This document shows positions 47,871 to 59,959 of a DNA stretch of 64,000 nucleotides, one piece after another. The notes below the pieces were generated by a model. The model ran no database searches and was not told the origin of the DNA. It saw only the letters and a program-made list of their open reading frames with translations. Position numbers and translations under genes: made by a program. Source of the DNA: Eremomyces bilateralis CBS 781.70 (lineage: Eukaryota); assembly GCA_010015585.1 (NCBI GenBank), contig ML975149.1; one strand, 5' to 3'. Within the stretch, counting starts at the first letter, position 1, and each line of letters starts with the position of its first letter.

Positions 47871-49438
47871 TTATGCAGCATCTTCCTCATACCCCTCCGT
47901 CTTGATATCATTCAACCCCAACTCCTCCAACTCCTGCTCCGTCCGCTCATAATCCTCCAACGTAATCTGCTCGTCCGGCTCCGGCGCCTTAAAGCTCTGC
48001 ACATAACTACTCGCCAACGGATCCTCCAACACCACCGTGAACTTCACAGCGCCGTTGATCGCCCCATCCAACCGCCCGAAGAACGACGCCCACCGCGCCT
48101 TCTCCGTCGACGGCATGCTGTCCCCCGCGTTCGCGTCGCCGATGTCAAACACCGACGAGCGGAGGTCGTCGCGCACTTGCGTCAACAGCCCTTCGATCGT
48201 CGTGAACCGTCCGCCCATCGTCCCCGGCTCGACGCTCAGTTCGAGTTCCGGGCATGATAGGGCGCAGGACTCAGATTTGAGGATATCGCGGGAAAGGTCT
48301 TCGGCGTTCTGGACGGAGACGGTGATGCGGCGGCCTTTGTCGGGGACCGCGCCGCCGGTCTTGACTTCGTTGCTGCGATCTAGGGACGGTGAGAGGGGGG
48401 AAACGGGGAAGGGTTAAGCAAAACTTACATCCGCAATCCTCGCAGACGGTGCTCATGAGCACGACTTGTTTGAAGTGAGGGATGTTGACCATCTTCATGT
48501 TCGTCGCGCAAGGGCGCGTGCAGCCGGGACAGGTAGCGGGGAAAGAGTACACCTGGTTCTCCACGATATCGTCCTCCGCATCAACATTCGTCGTCCCCGT
48601 CTCCGCTGGCATGCTCGGGTACATCTGTCTTGGATGATACTCCGGGCGCATCTGCACCCCATTTGTCTCCTCTTGTGCGCCCTCTTCCGCGCCCTCTTCC
48701 GCGCCCTCTTCCGCGCCCCCGGACAATCCGAGCGCCGTATTCTGTTCGGCAGTCCGAACATACTCATGCTTGCTCCATTTCCCTGATATGTCCTGCGGTG
48801 ATGGCTCGATCCACGAGTTTCCTGCGGGGTCATCGAGGACGAGGACAAACGGCAACTTCTCCGCCTTGGACATGCTGTAGAGCGTGTCGATGACCGATTG
48901 AACCTTCTCGTACATCTCGGCCGCCACCTCTTTTCGCTCCGGTTGCTTCAACTCCAGGTCCTGTGCAACCATGACCAAGATGCCCTCGACGTTGGTCATC
49001 TGGCCTCGCCCCGGGGGGATTTCTAGATCGGCTCCCTCGATGCGCACGGTACAAGTGTCGCTCTTGACGATTTGTCGGCCGAGGTCAGCGGATGACTGTA
49101 TATTGAATCGGTGGCGAGCGCCTTTTGCATGGATTTCGCCGGCGGGCTGAACTTCAGAGTTTTTGAGGCCGCATGATGGACATTCGAAGGACATGATGAC
49201 GATCTCGCGGAAGTATGGTATTCTGGTGAGGAGGAGTCGTGTGGTGCCCTGGAAATCTGTTAATACAGCCAAAACAATTAGGATATTTGATGCCACTTAC
49301 ATCTTCATGACAATTCATGCATAGACTGGAAATCTCCTCCACGACTCGCTGGTCGTCCGCATCTCCCGCGGTGTCCGCGACTTGTGCGCCGATATTCTCG
49401 AAAAGCTTGGGATCCTTGCGCTCTGCTTGATCCGCCAT
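47871..49438 (-). CDS. ZPR1: Zinc finger protein Zpr1 (eEF1A chaperone)
   Basis: Exons 49438-49301, 49248-48429, 48379-47871. Two modules (SLCMNC...IPYFREIVIMSFECPSC; CPGC...IPHFKQV...CEDC); DDPAGNS and EDPLASS. Confidence 0.95.
48676..48718. repeat. 12-bp coding tandem repeat encoding (GAEE)n in the ZPR1 linker
   Basis: Unit GCGCCCTCTTCC x ~3; protein GGAEEGAEEGAEEGAQEE. Confidence 0.85.
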
Positions 49439-49851
49439 CGTGCCGATAATAAAACGAATGAACCCTAAGGGTTGGGATGGATATGCGACGCCGGGGATAT
49501 ATTCGTCCAGTGAGTCGAGTTAGGATGAAATTAAATTGATGGCATGCGGAGGATGTGGTGCAGTGATGATGAAATATTTCTTCCCCCACCATGCGCCAGC
49601 GGCAAGCTTACCCAAGCGGAAGGGTCTTTTTCTCTTCTAGAATCATCGAAGCGCTCCCTGTAGAAATTATTTCGATCGTGGACATGATAGTCAAGGTCTG
49701 TATCTCTTAGTTTGGGATACTCGAAGGGCTTTCATGAGTTGCGTATTCCCATGAATTGCTGGTAGAGGTCCAATAGGCCGGAGAAGTGTGTGAATGCGAC
49801 AGATTTTGTGAACCAGATGGACCAACAGAATCTGATATCGGATGCACTGGA

Positions 49852-50436
49852 TCATCTATGCTTCATGAAATCCATAAGATTGAGTCCGAATCCCGAACTC
49901 GATGGAGGATTCTCCGATTTCGCCTTGCTCAGTAAGCCTTGTAGACTACGCTGCTTCCTCTCCTTCGCCCTTTGCTTCGACGTCTTGGCTGTTGCCGTAA
50001 TGGCTTTCACCTGATCGCGGATCGCTTCAGTAGCCAACTGCTCTTCAGCGGGCGCAATATCTGCGACTGATTTCTTCTTGATCAGCTCGAGTGTCTCCGA
50101 ATTGCACCGGCTGCACCGAAGGACTCGACACCCAGCGCCTTTATGAGATCGTATGAATGATGCATATGCACGCCGCTTGATTCGGGATGTTCCAGTATGG
50201 TGAATTGAGACTTTGCAGTTGGTGCCGGGCTGCAAGGGCAGGCCACAGGCCATACATAAGCTCGCTGGAGTCGGCGCTGATGGAATCGGAGGGAAGAGTC
50301 GATTCATATCGGTGGCAATATGAGAAGCGATTCCTGGTGCAGCGACTGTCAGTGCTTTAGCGGCTCCCTGGAGGAATCGTAGACGAGCTGCATCAGCATT
50401 GGCATCGGCCCCAGAGGGGATTGATTGAGGTGCCAT
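49852..50436 (-). CDS. RNase P/MRP subunit, Rpr2/Rpp21/Snm1 family
   Basis: ARLRFLQGAA, CMACG...PG, CSRC zinc pair, and a C-terminal GLLSK...FGLNLMDFM motif. Confidence 0.82.
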   Translation of the reverse strand: MAPQSIPSGADANADAARLRFLQGAAKALTVAAPGIASHIATDMNRLFPPIPSAPTPASLCMACGLPLQPGTNCKVSIHHTGTSRIKRRAYASFIRSHKGAGCRVLRCSRCNSETLELIKKKSVADIAPAEEQLATEAIRDQVKAITATAKTSKQRAKERKQRSLQGLLSKAKSENPPSSSGFGLNLMDFMKHR

Positions 50437-50730
50437 CTTGAGTCTTTGAAATGGTGAATGAAAGGCGTGATCGGTAAGATGGCGCCGAACTTCTGTTCAC
50501 GAAGAGTTCACGAAAGAGTTGCGGAACGCGTCAAGCTTGAGTCTTGACCATCTGGACCCCCACACTTGCTGCTTTGGTGTGAACTGGAGACGAGAGATCT
50601 GACCAACTCTTCGAACATCCGATGATTGTGACGTCTTCTACTTCCATTCCTCAATTGCAATTCCCATCATCTACCTTTCTGGATTCTCTCTTTGAATTCG
50701 TGGTGGGATACATTGCAGTTCATCAACGCA

Positions 50731-53215
50731 ATGGACCCAAAGTCAGCGAACCCCGAGTCCGATCAGGCGACCAAACTCGCATCGCAAGCCATCGATCTTG
50801 CGAAGGCCGGGAAGACAAATGATGCATTTCGACAGCTTGAAGAGGCCAGCAAGCTTTCTCCCGAAAATGAGAAGGTCAAATCCACACGGGAAGAGCTGAG
50901 AAGATATCAGGATGGGAGCCGGCTGGTCGATCTATGCAACGAGTGGCTCGAATCCTTGAGTGACGATGATGGCGAAGAAGCCCTCGACTACCTCCACAAA
51001 CACAAGCTATCCGACCCTATTGCCGATGAAGCGATGAATATCCTCCTGGAATACAAATCCGACTGTGACATGGCGGATCAGCTCACCGGCGAGGTCCTGA
51101 AGCATCCTGGCGCGAGAAGGGCACTGGCGGCTGCGCTCGTAGCCCACCCGACCGCTACATTCAAGAAGATGTTCGTTCGTGGTGAAGACACTATGGACGC
51201 CATGATGGCAGCCCTCAGGCTTGAATCGGAATGGAAAGACGATACTGCACGCGTTGCAGCGATTCGGGACGCGTTTCAGCTGGCCCTTGCGAGTCTGATG
51301 GAAGCCGGTGTGGACTATCCCGACCGCGCAATGAAGCTGATTGCCAACCTCTTGTCCTACGAAGCTCACCATCTCCATGGTCTGATCGATGCCGATGGAT
51401 TCGACGTCATCCTCTCCGCATTGGATATTCGGCTGCCCACGAGGATCAAGAAGTACGCGACCCTCGCGACCGCGAAGTTGCTGGAATCGTCGCCGGATTC
51501 GGCGAAGGTCTTGATTTCCAACTATGTGACTTGGAGAGTTCGAAAACCCACCGCCGACGGATTGATCGTCGCGTTTTCCGCCGCTGCCGCGGTGTTTCCG
51601 ATGGAGCCGACCAATGCGGCAGCACTCTTTCTCGCGGACGGGTTTTTACCCGCGTTCGTGCACATCGTGCAAGAGAAGCGGAGCAACCGAGTGGAACAGG
51701 CAGCACTGGACCTCCTCAGTGTTGCATGCATGGACAAAGGTTGCCGTGAGGGCATCGCGAAATATTGCAAGCTCTGGTTATGGGAGGTGGTAGAAGCGAA
51801 CGTGGACGCGCGGCGGTCGAACCTGGCAGCGTTGATTCTTGTGAAGATCGCCAACGAGTCCTCGCTGAAGAGCGGAGGGGAGTTGGACGACCTCATCAAA
51901 AAATTCAAAGCCACGATTGTGTCACCGGATCAGCCGGGCGTCGTAGATGCCATCGAAGCCCTTGCATTCGCATCGCTGAACCCACAAGTCAAAGAGGATC
52001 TAACCAACGACAAGGAGTTCCTGAAGATGCTGATTGCGAAACTTGGCGGACCCGGCCAGGGGATCAAACCCGCTCATTTTGGCGGCGTATCGATCTTGGA
52101 AAACATCACGGCCTATCCCCCTCCGCTGACCGAAGAGCAAAAGAAGATCTCCGAGCTCAAAGCGTATGCCAACAGCTCCAAGCCGACCGAAGCCAGCCCA
52201 CTCGAGTCCAATGAAAAGGTTACGGTCCGATGTCGAACGGTGCTCGATGCCGAAGCCGTTCCCCTCCTCAACACCATCAGCAAAGGCGCCTCTCCCGCCG
52301 TCCTCCTCCGCATCACCAAAATCTTCCTCTCCCTCAGCAAAGAGCAGCGACACCGCGGCGTGCTCGCCCAGCAAGGCGCCGTCAAGCAACTCCTCACCAT
52401 CCACGCCACTATCACCGCAGCACAGCGCGCCAAATCCCCCCCATCCACCACCAACCCCCACGACATCCTTCACACCGCCGCGCACGCCGTCGCCCGCATC
52501 CTCATCTCCGTCGACCCCCACCACGTCTTCTCTACCACCCTCCCCCTCCCCNNNNNNNNNNNNNNNNNNNNNNNNNNNNNNNNNNNNNNNNNNNNNNNNN
52601 NNNNNNNNNNNNNNNNNNNNNNNNNNNNNNNNNNNNNNNNNNNNNNNNNNNNNNNNNNNNNNNNNNNNNNNNNNNNNNNNNNNNNNNNNNNNNNNNNNNN
52701 NNNNNNNNNNNNNCTTCCCCCAGATCGACCCCCTCCTCCTCTTCAACCCCCAACCCCTCCTCGTCCGCGCCGCCACCGAGCTCGTCTGCAACCTCATGGC
52801 CTCCTCCGTCGGCGTTGCCCTCTTCGTCGACGACTCTCGCGACGCCCGCACCCGCCTGCGGGTCATCATTGCCCTCACCGACGCCGACGACCTCCCCACC
52901 CGGATGGCCGCCGGCGGCGCCCTCGCCATGATAACCGAGTGGGAGCCCGGCGTCGAGGCCGTGCTGGAGCAGGAGAACGGCGTGCGCCGCATCGTGGGCA
53001 TGTGCGGCGATGAGAGCGAGGAGGTGGGCATCCGCGGGTTGGCGTGCGTGGGAAATTTGGCGCAGGCGCCGGGGGCGATGGGGGAGCGGGGGAGGAAGCG
53101 ATTGATGGAGGAGAAGGCGCTGGAGGCGGTGCAGGGGATTGAGAAGGAGGGGAGGGGGAAGGATGTGGGGATGGTGGATCTTGCGAGGCAGATTGCGGAG
53201 ATTATGAAGGAGTGA
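50731..53215 (+). CDS. SHE4: UCS-domain myosin chaperone (She4/Rng3/CRO1)
   Basis: EALAFASL, LTEEQKKISELKAYAN, HRGVLAQQGAV, LVRAATELVCNL, AAGGALAMIT. The frame changes across the N gap. Confidence 0.92.
52552..52713. other. Assembly gap (162 N) inside a C-rich tract of SHE4
   Basis: Run of N flanked by poly-C-rich sequence. Confidence 0.99.
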
Positions 53216-53493
53216 GGGGGGATTTGGGAGGATAATGGATGATCGGCATGATTTGATGGATAGATGCGGCTGAATTAAAAGCTCCGTGTAGGTATATTAC
53301 GCTGTTATGCTATGACTTCCATGCCATGACTTCCGTTGCTATTAGTTGTAAACTGTCCCTATTGATTTCCTCCGTCCAAGCCGCTAGATACGCCCTTCGC
53401 TCATGCAAGTGATATAAACCCAATAAATCACCGAATCCACTGACTTATGAAATCCGAGATCCCGCCTTAGCCACTCTTTCGACTGGCGTTACT

Positions 53494-55365
53494 CTACTTC
53501 CTTCCCAAGTCGGCACTGCTCCGTTTCTTAAAGCTCTCTCTCGTATTCACTCGGTCAATATCAAACGGGCTCTCGTCATACTCCCCCAAACCCTCCCCTC
53601 TCGTCCCCGTCCTGATGCTCTCGACGCGGGGTTGCCGCTCTTGAACTTCTCCCTCCTCCGCACCCTGCACCGGCGCCTCTTCCTCCATCTTCTCCATATC
53701 CCTTTCCTTCGACGCCACCCGCGCCGGGGTCTCCGCACGCTCCACATCCCTCTCCTCCTCCGTCTCAAACTCCCCCTCCTCCGGCGGCGTTTCGTCGCCC
53801 CGCAACCGGCTCATGAACGCATCCGACTCCGCCGAATACTTACACCGCTTCCGAATCCCGGCGCCGTATTTATAGAATAGAAATGGAAACGGCACGCACG
53901 CGAGCGCCAGGAACGCTGGGATCGAGCTCGCCCAATGGATGCCCAGACTCCGATACATATACGACGTGAACAGCGGGAACGCGGCACCGAAGCACGACCG
54001 CAGCACCGACGACGCGGCCAGCACGCTCGCGGCGAAGATAGTGTACGCGTCAATGAGGTAGTTCATCGTCCCGAGGAAAATCAGCACCATGCCGAACCCG
54101 AACGGGATGCCGGCGGCGACGCTTGCGGGCCACGGGATGGCCGGGTCGTTTGTCCAGGCGAACCAGAAGAGGCCGATGGGGAGGACGACGCCGCCGACGA
54201 TTAGCATGGGGATGCGGGCCTCGGGAGGCGCGAAGCCGCCGTTCTTTTGGACGGCTTTCATGTAGTGCGGGTCGCCGATGAAGATGACGTAGGCGACGGC
54301 GAAGAGCATGCCGATAGCGACACCGAGGAAGGGGAGGCCGCCGATGCCTTCGGACCAGCCGCGGCCTTGCTGGTAGACGATAGGGTAGGCGCCGAAGAGC
54401 ATGTAGAGGGTACCGTAGATGATGGCCATGTAGGTAGAGAGGATGAAGACGATGGGTTCGCGGATGAGGAGGATCCACGGGCGGGAGAGCGCCGTGATGT
54501 ACAATTCTTTGACGGACGTCTTGCCTGTGTCCTTCTGGAGTTTGGAGACGTACACCTTGCCCGTGAGCTTCGACAGCGCCTCCGCACGCTTGCGGAGAAG
54601 CACGGGGGTGTACGTCTCAGGCACGAGGACCATGCCCACGATCCACAACGTCCCACTAACCGCCGCCAGCAACCCTTCCACCCACCTCCACCCCGCCGCG
54701 TGCCCGAGAAACCCCCCGGCAATCGGTCCCAACACCGGTCCCATGAACGGCGCGGCGCTGAAAATCGCCATCGCGAGCCCCCGCTCGTTCGCCGGGAACA
54801 TATCCGCAATGACGCCTCCCGCGTTCGTGAGCGGGCTACTCCCGAACGCGCCCGCCCAGAACCGCAGGATGATCAACGTCCAGATGTTCTGGCTCCCTGC
54901 CGCCGCCGCATTGAACGCCGTGTACGCGGCGAACGTGCCCGCGAACAGGACCTGGCGGCCGTACATCTCGCTCAGTGGCGCCCAGAAGAGCGGGCCGATG
55001 GCGAAGCCCATGACGAACAGCGAGAGGCCCAGGGTCGCGACGATCTGCGAGCACTGGAATTCGGCGATGATCTGCCGGATCCCGCCGCTGTAGGCGGACG
55101 AGCAGAAGGCGACGGTCAAGGTCGCGCCGGCCATGCCCATGGCGTAGGTCCATTTAGTGGCCGTTTTCCAGGTCATCGGGTTGCGGGCGTCGGCGTCGAG
55201 CCAGCTGACGATGTAAGGGTCGGATTCGGTCCCGCTGCCGGGCCATTCGTGATCGATGACATCGGGGGTGAGGACGCTTTGGTCGCGGATCAGACGCCAA
55301 TGGGGGATGCTGGTAGGAGAGTGTGGTTTCGAGTCCTTGGAGGACTCTGGGTTTGGCGCCTCCAT
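53494..55365 (-). CDS. MFS drug:H+ antiporter (DHA1 family)
   Basis: NPMTWK, GPLFWAPLSEMYGR, GGVIADMF...ERG, GPVLGPIAGG, PETY, PPEAR, YLIDAY. About 12 hydrophobic helices; intronless. Confidence 0.95.
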   Translation of the reverse strand: MEAPNPESSKDSKPHSPTSIPHWRLIRDQSVLTPDVIDHEWPGSGTESDPYIVSWLDADARNPMTWKTATKWTYAMGMAGATLTVAFCSSAYSGGIRQIIAEFQCSQIVATLGLSLFVMGFAIGPLFWAPLSEMYGRQVLFAGTFAAYTAFNAAAAGSQNIWTLIILRFWAGAFGSSPLTNAGGVIADMFPANERGLAMAIFSAAPFMGPVLGPIAGGFLGHAAGWRWVEGLLAAVSGTLWIVGMVLVPETYTPVLLRKRAEALSKLTGKVYVSKLQKDTGKTSVKELYITALSRPWILLIREPIVFILSTYMAIIYGTLYMLFGAYPIVYQQGRGWSEGIGGLPFLGVAIGMLFAVAYVIFIGDPHYMKAVQKNGGFAPPEARIPMLIVGGVVLPIGLFWFAWTNDPAIPWPASVAAGIPFGFGMVLIFLGTMNYLIDAYTIFAASVLAASSVLRSCFGAAFPLFTSYMYRSLGIHWASSIPAFLALACVPFPFLFYKYGAGIRKRCKYSAESDAFMSRLRGDETPPEEGEFETEEERDVERAETPARVASKERDMEKMEEEAPVQGAEEGEVQERQPRVESIRTGTRGEGLGEYDESPFDIDRVNTRESFKKRSSADLGRK

Positions 55366-55983
55366 GATGGCTGTGGATTCGTTGCGGCACCGATATGTGA
55401 AGACGGATGCCTTCTCAACAACAATGAGCTTAGCTCCAGCCCTACGGTGAAGAGATTGGGCGAATATGTTTGAGCCTCGAAGTGGTCGTGCAATGCCAGT
55501 GGTGCAAAAGAAGGATTAAGAGCAGTCCACCACCTATATGTAGACCACACTGAAGGATTGCTGAGGATACTCTCCTTGTAGAATGGTGTCCGCGCGGTGG
55601 ATCAGATCGAACACTTCTATAGCCCGATCATTTCGATTTCTCATCCTTTCTCGCGTTTACGGTGGCGCCAACTGCCGATCTCCATGGATTGCATTGATTG
55701 TGTCCCCAGGGAGGTGAAAGAATAAATTACATCATGGACCATTTGGGGACCCATGTGACACCAAGCCTTAGAGGAGAAAATCTTAATGGTAGTTGAGACC
55801 AATTAGATACCCAATTGCAAAACTTAGTGTATCTTGAACGTGCCGAATTCCGAAGTCCGATTCGCTCTGGATGCCGATGCTCCACCGTACCAAGTCGGCC
55901 CGCAAGTCTTACACAATACCACGCACAACACCTTGCACAACACCTTCCAGAACATCTTATGTCCGTTCCTCCGTAGCCCCTAG

Positions 55984-56298
55984 GGGATATTTCATAACCC
56001 GATATCTCAACAACAGCATCATAATAAAATCTAAAAGTTGATAGATAGACTTTACTAGCCATTTTAAGCCTTTACTCAAATTTATAGAGCTCTTGCTATT
56101 GTAGTTGTGGATATATCTAGGTCATAGTCGATTTTTGCACCTTTCAGCACCTAGGATCTAGGTATATCTACCACTACAACAGCAAGAGCTCTAACTATAA
56201 ATTTGAGTAAAGGCTTAAAATGACTAGTAAAGTCTATCTATCAACTTTTAGATTTTATTATGATGCTGTTGTTGAGATATCGGGTTATGAAATATCCC
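55984..56298. repeat. Long inverted repeat (arms ~140 bp, spacer ~30 bp); foldback or MITE-like
   Basis: 55984-56123 is the reverse complement of 56155-56298, apart from a few substitutions and one 4-nt indel. AT-rich. Confidence 0.93.
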
Positions 56299-56671
56299 GA
56301 TTTTGGTGAGATTTGAAGTTCGCAACTCGGTGGTATTCGCAGCTCCGTGGTGGATTACGTTAGAGTTATCAATTGATGGATCTCGAAAAATGGGTCGTAA
56401 CGGCTCGGGGTCGGCGGTTGGTGGAAGCCGTTGCCGACCCTCCGCAGCTCCATAACAACTTAGAAGTAGTGACAACAGTCAACAGGGTAATGAGACAACA
56501 AATGCAAATACTGTATGGAGTATGTGGAGAAGAAATAAATAAAACAGTACCTCTGATATATCAGCAAAATAGAAGAAAATATAGCACCTAGCGTGTTGAA
56601 AAACACAGTCCTACAGCAGAACTAAAGGGGCTTGGGCTATGAAGATTGAATCAAAAAAAGCCAAAAAAGAT

Positions 56672-56754
56672 AACCCACGGCGGGATTCGAACCCGCAGCC
56701 TTGAGATTCCTGGTTATAAGAGTCTCACGCGCTAACCAATTGTGCCACGCAGGC
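56672..56754 (-). tRNA. tRNA-Lys(CTT) with a 9-nt intron
   Basis: GCCTGCGTGGCACAATTGGTTAGCGCG-TGAGA-CTCTTA[TAACCAGGA]A-TCTCA-AGGCT-GCGGGTTCGAATCCCGC-CGTGGGT-T. A and B boxes are present, with oligo-T terminators downstream. Confidence 0.92.
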
Positions 56755-59700
56755 TAATGAGGATGAAAGAAAAATACCCTTCAAAGTATGTGAAGTGAAG
56801 TGAAGAAAGGAAAACGACATGAATTTAACAATTCCACTATCCGTGCCCTTGGACCGACCCACCACCAGATAATTCGAAGAAGGGATGGCACCAACAAATC
56901 AAATGGAAATTGACAGCATGCCTGCAGAATGAGAGGGGCCAGAGGAGGGGTCATGATGTCATCACGGATCCAAATGCAATATTATTATGTAGAGACGATC
57001 ACAGGTATTCAGGGATGTACCTCGTCCGCGGAGTGAAAGCGGTATTCGTCGTTCATTGCCCTAGGATTCTCGGAATAATCATATTAGAATTACAGTCTAT
57101 CAAGTAGATTGCTAACGGACGTATGTTGTGATTTTATCATGCCATCTGGTCCAGATTGTAGTTTGGTGGACCTGAGTGTAATATCGGAATCCCTAGTTAG
57201 ACACTGCAGACTGCAGTATTATTTGTCCGCATCCGTACAACAAGGAATTAGATCCATCGCTGTGAGACTGGGAGGATGACAAATCCGATGGTTGTCTCCG
57301 ACAGTGCCAATCCCCCCGATAAGGCGACAAGTGATAAATCCAAGTGACGAATCCTTTCCCAAGCCGCCGTAAATTCGGAACCGGAGACCGGTCGGGAGAG
57401 ACATTTTCATAAAAGAATGATATATAAACTCCGGTTCCCCCTCTAACGCCTCACAGTGTAGATCCGGCTTCGTCTTGCGTTTCTCATGACTGCCAAGGGA
57501 GGTATTGCGTGTCGCAGGAACGTCGCGAAGAGTCACGGATGGGATTATGATCGTATTATCGTGCACTCGGGTGATCCGAAGGATTACACAGCATTGAAGT
57601 TTAAGTTCTGCGCCCGCATCAAGGTGGTCCACTCTCATGAGATCCCCGTCAATATACACATTGAGAAATGCTTCAACTCAGCTACTTGGACGGCCTCGCG
57701 GCCTCGATGCGAGAGAGACCAACACCGATTTTGAATTGAAACCCAAAAAGACGACTGGCTGGTAGTTGAGGGAAAAGAGAAGGCGAGAGAAGGAAACATG
57801 CAGGAAGAGACCACCGGATAAGCAACCTCAGGGCGCAGCGTCACGGCTTAAGTTCAAGTTAGGAAACAGGAGAGGGCATAATATTTACCTTAGGTGTATC
57901 TTCGGCCCGATCAAGGAACCAGTCTCAATAAAGTAATAAACATCCGAACTGCGCATGTGAAACATCGTTTCGGCCATGTCATGAACCGTTACCTCATGCC
58001 CTGGGAGTAATTGTTACAATCCTTCCGTCTTATCCAGGATTGCCATGACCGCCTTCATCAGGGTGACGCAGGTCCGCTCCCATCGATAGATTTGCTCTGA
58101 GCCTGTCTTAGGTACCTGTACTGATTGGCGAACCATTGTTTCACATGGAGATTGTCGATTTTCCGTTTTGAAATCCCGTTTCCACCCAAATGATTTAGAA
58201 AATTCCGACCTAGTTACATACTCATGAATTGCGATTCCCATCAGGAGGAAGAATTGGTAAGGCATTAATAAATAAATAATAGACGAAGAGTAAGCAGTAA
58301 TTAAGCACTAAGCAGATGCTAGGATCGATCCGATGGGAGCTCCCGCTCCCGCTGCCCTAAATGTGGAGCAACTGACTGGGGCCACTGGTGCACCCGGCAC
58401 CACATGGCGTTCCTGTAATCGACGTCTATGAGGGGGTGCTTTCCACAAACAATCTGTCGAATCGTGATCATTGGCCAAATGTCTGATATATATTGTAAGG
58501 AGGCAGCGACTCGGCTGTCCGAGGAGATACATGAGTTCCTGACCGCTACAGGTAATTTTCCTGGTAGCCAGAGCGGCTGCGGACATATCGTGTCAGTTCC
58601 TCGCTGTCTTGTGGGAATCTAAATCGATCTCGACCTACCAGGCAAGCATTACTACGTCCCTGAAATTCGTATTGGTTCAATACCAGTACGAAAATGGCCG
58701 ACGATGTACATTCGAGTCCACCACTCTCAGAAGCGGTCTCAATGAACGCCGTTTCTCTTTCCGATAGAGGGAAAACAATCGCCTGGATCTGGCGTGGCAT
58801 ATGCTGAACCATGGGATGGAAGTTGCATTATGCGCCTATCGGCGAGAATCGGCGCGGATCATCGATCTGCGGACTGGTAATCACTAGATGGAGGTGGAAT
58901 TGCGGACCGTGGACAAGCTGGATAAAACCTGGGATATGGGCCATCGGTATGGGCATAGATACATTGGTGGATGTTTGCCTTCTCTTTCTCCTGTATTTTC
59001 CTCATTCCTGCTTTTTAGGACTTTTCTGGGTGAGTGCTGTTGGTTGGGAGGGTAAGATTTGGTGATCATCCGCTAGGGGAAAGGGGCCCATGGTGTGGTT
59101 GGAGAGACCGTCCTCCTGGTGAGATCAGTCCTATCAGTATTGCTGATGAAATGCGAAACACAGATATAAATCAGCATCACCCACCAGATGAAGTTCCTCC
59201 ATGTCCTCGAAGGGTTTTCCCGCCACCCGCTCACCATGAAGGGGTGGGCGCGGAAGAGGTCTATGCGTTACAAGCCGACGTACGGGAGGAGATGAAGGAC
59301 TATGCGCGGATGTAGATGTAGAATGACGGTACGTTTAGCCCCTTTCTCCTACATTCTTGTGGTGTGGATCCCTCCTCGGGTTGGCAGGTTGGATTCAGTT
59401 GGCTGCAATGATCGAAAATGGTTAGGCATCTGTTGTGTGGGCGCAGAAGCTGCTAGATGCGGAGTGAGGTAGAAATAGTCAGATAATAAAGAAGCAATGA
59501 CCAAAGGCGTGCGACTGATAATCCTGCGCTCTGAAAAGGAAAGCGCCCCCCTGAATTTACTGGGTTTTCCATTTGTCGTGCTTGGCGCACCGCTCATATA
59601 TATATACATGCCCGTACACTCATGCGATCCTGCTGGATGCGAATCCAGCCAGCTCTCAACCACGGAAGCTCATTCTAGGAAAAGACGAAAAAAGCCGCGA

Positions 59701-59959
59701 AGTGCACGGCCAAAAACAATTTGTTCGATCGTCGAATTAAAAGCGAAGAAAACAAACCCTCGAAACCTGAAGATCGGAAACCGGACGCTAATAATGCTGA
59801 GGAGCCATTGCCCACCACGCCAGAACGACGCGCGACGCGTCCCGGACCCATAGGTCATCAAACGCCGAAAGGCTGATGACGACGATAAAACGCAACGATA
59901 ATAATAAAGCACAGCGAAAGCGAAAACGATCCGTGGAACGCATCGCAAATCCTCCTCTT

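Noticed and set aside
52552..52713. Apparent frameshift in SHE4, and a similar ambiguity at 15842-15907
   Set aside because: It coincides with an estimated-length N gap, so it is an assembly artefact rather than a pseudogene or recoding.
54247..55473. 408-aa antisense ORF over the MFS gene, and similar shadows over RML2, PRP43 and SHE4
   Set aside because: Expected from high GC3 codon usage on the coding strand.
56900..59320. Fragmentary ORFs and intron-like signals suggesting a decayed gene
   Set aside because: All frames are interrupted and no family is recognisable. A translated search would be needed.
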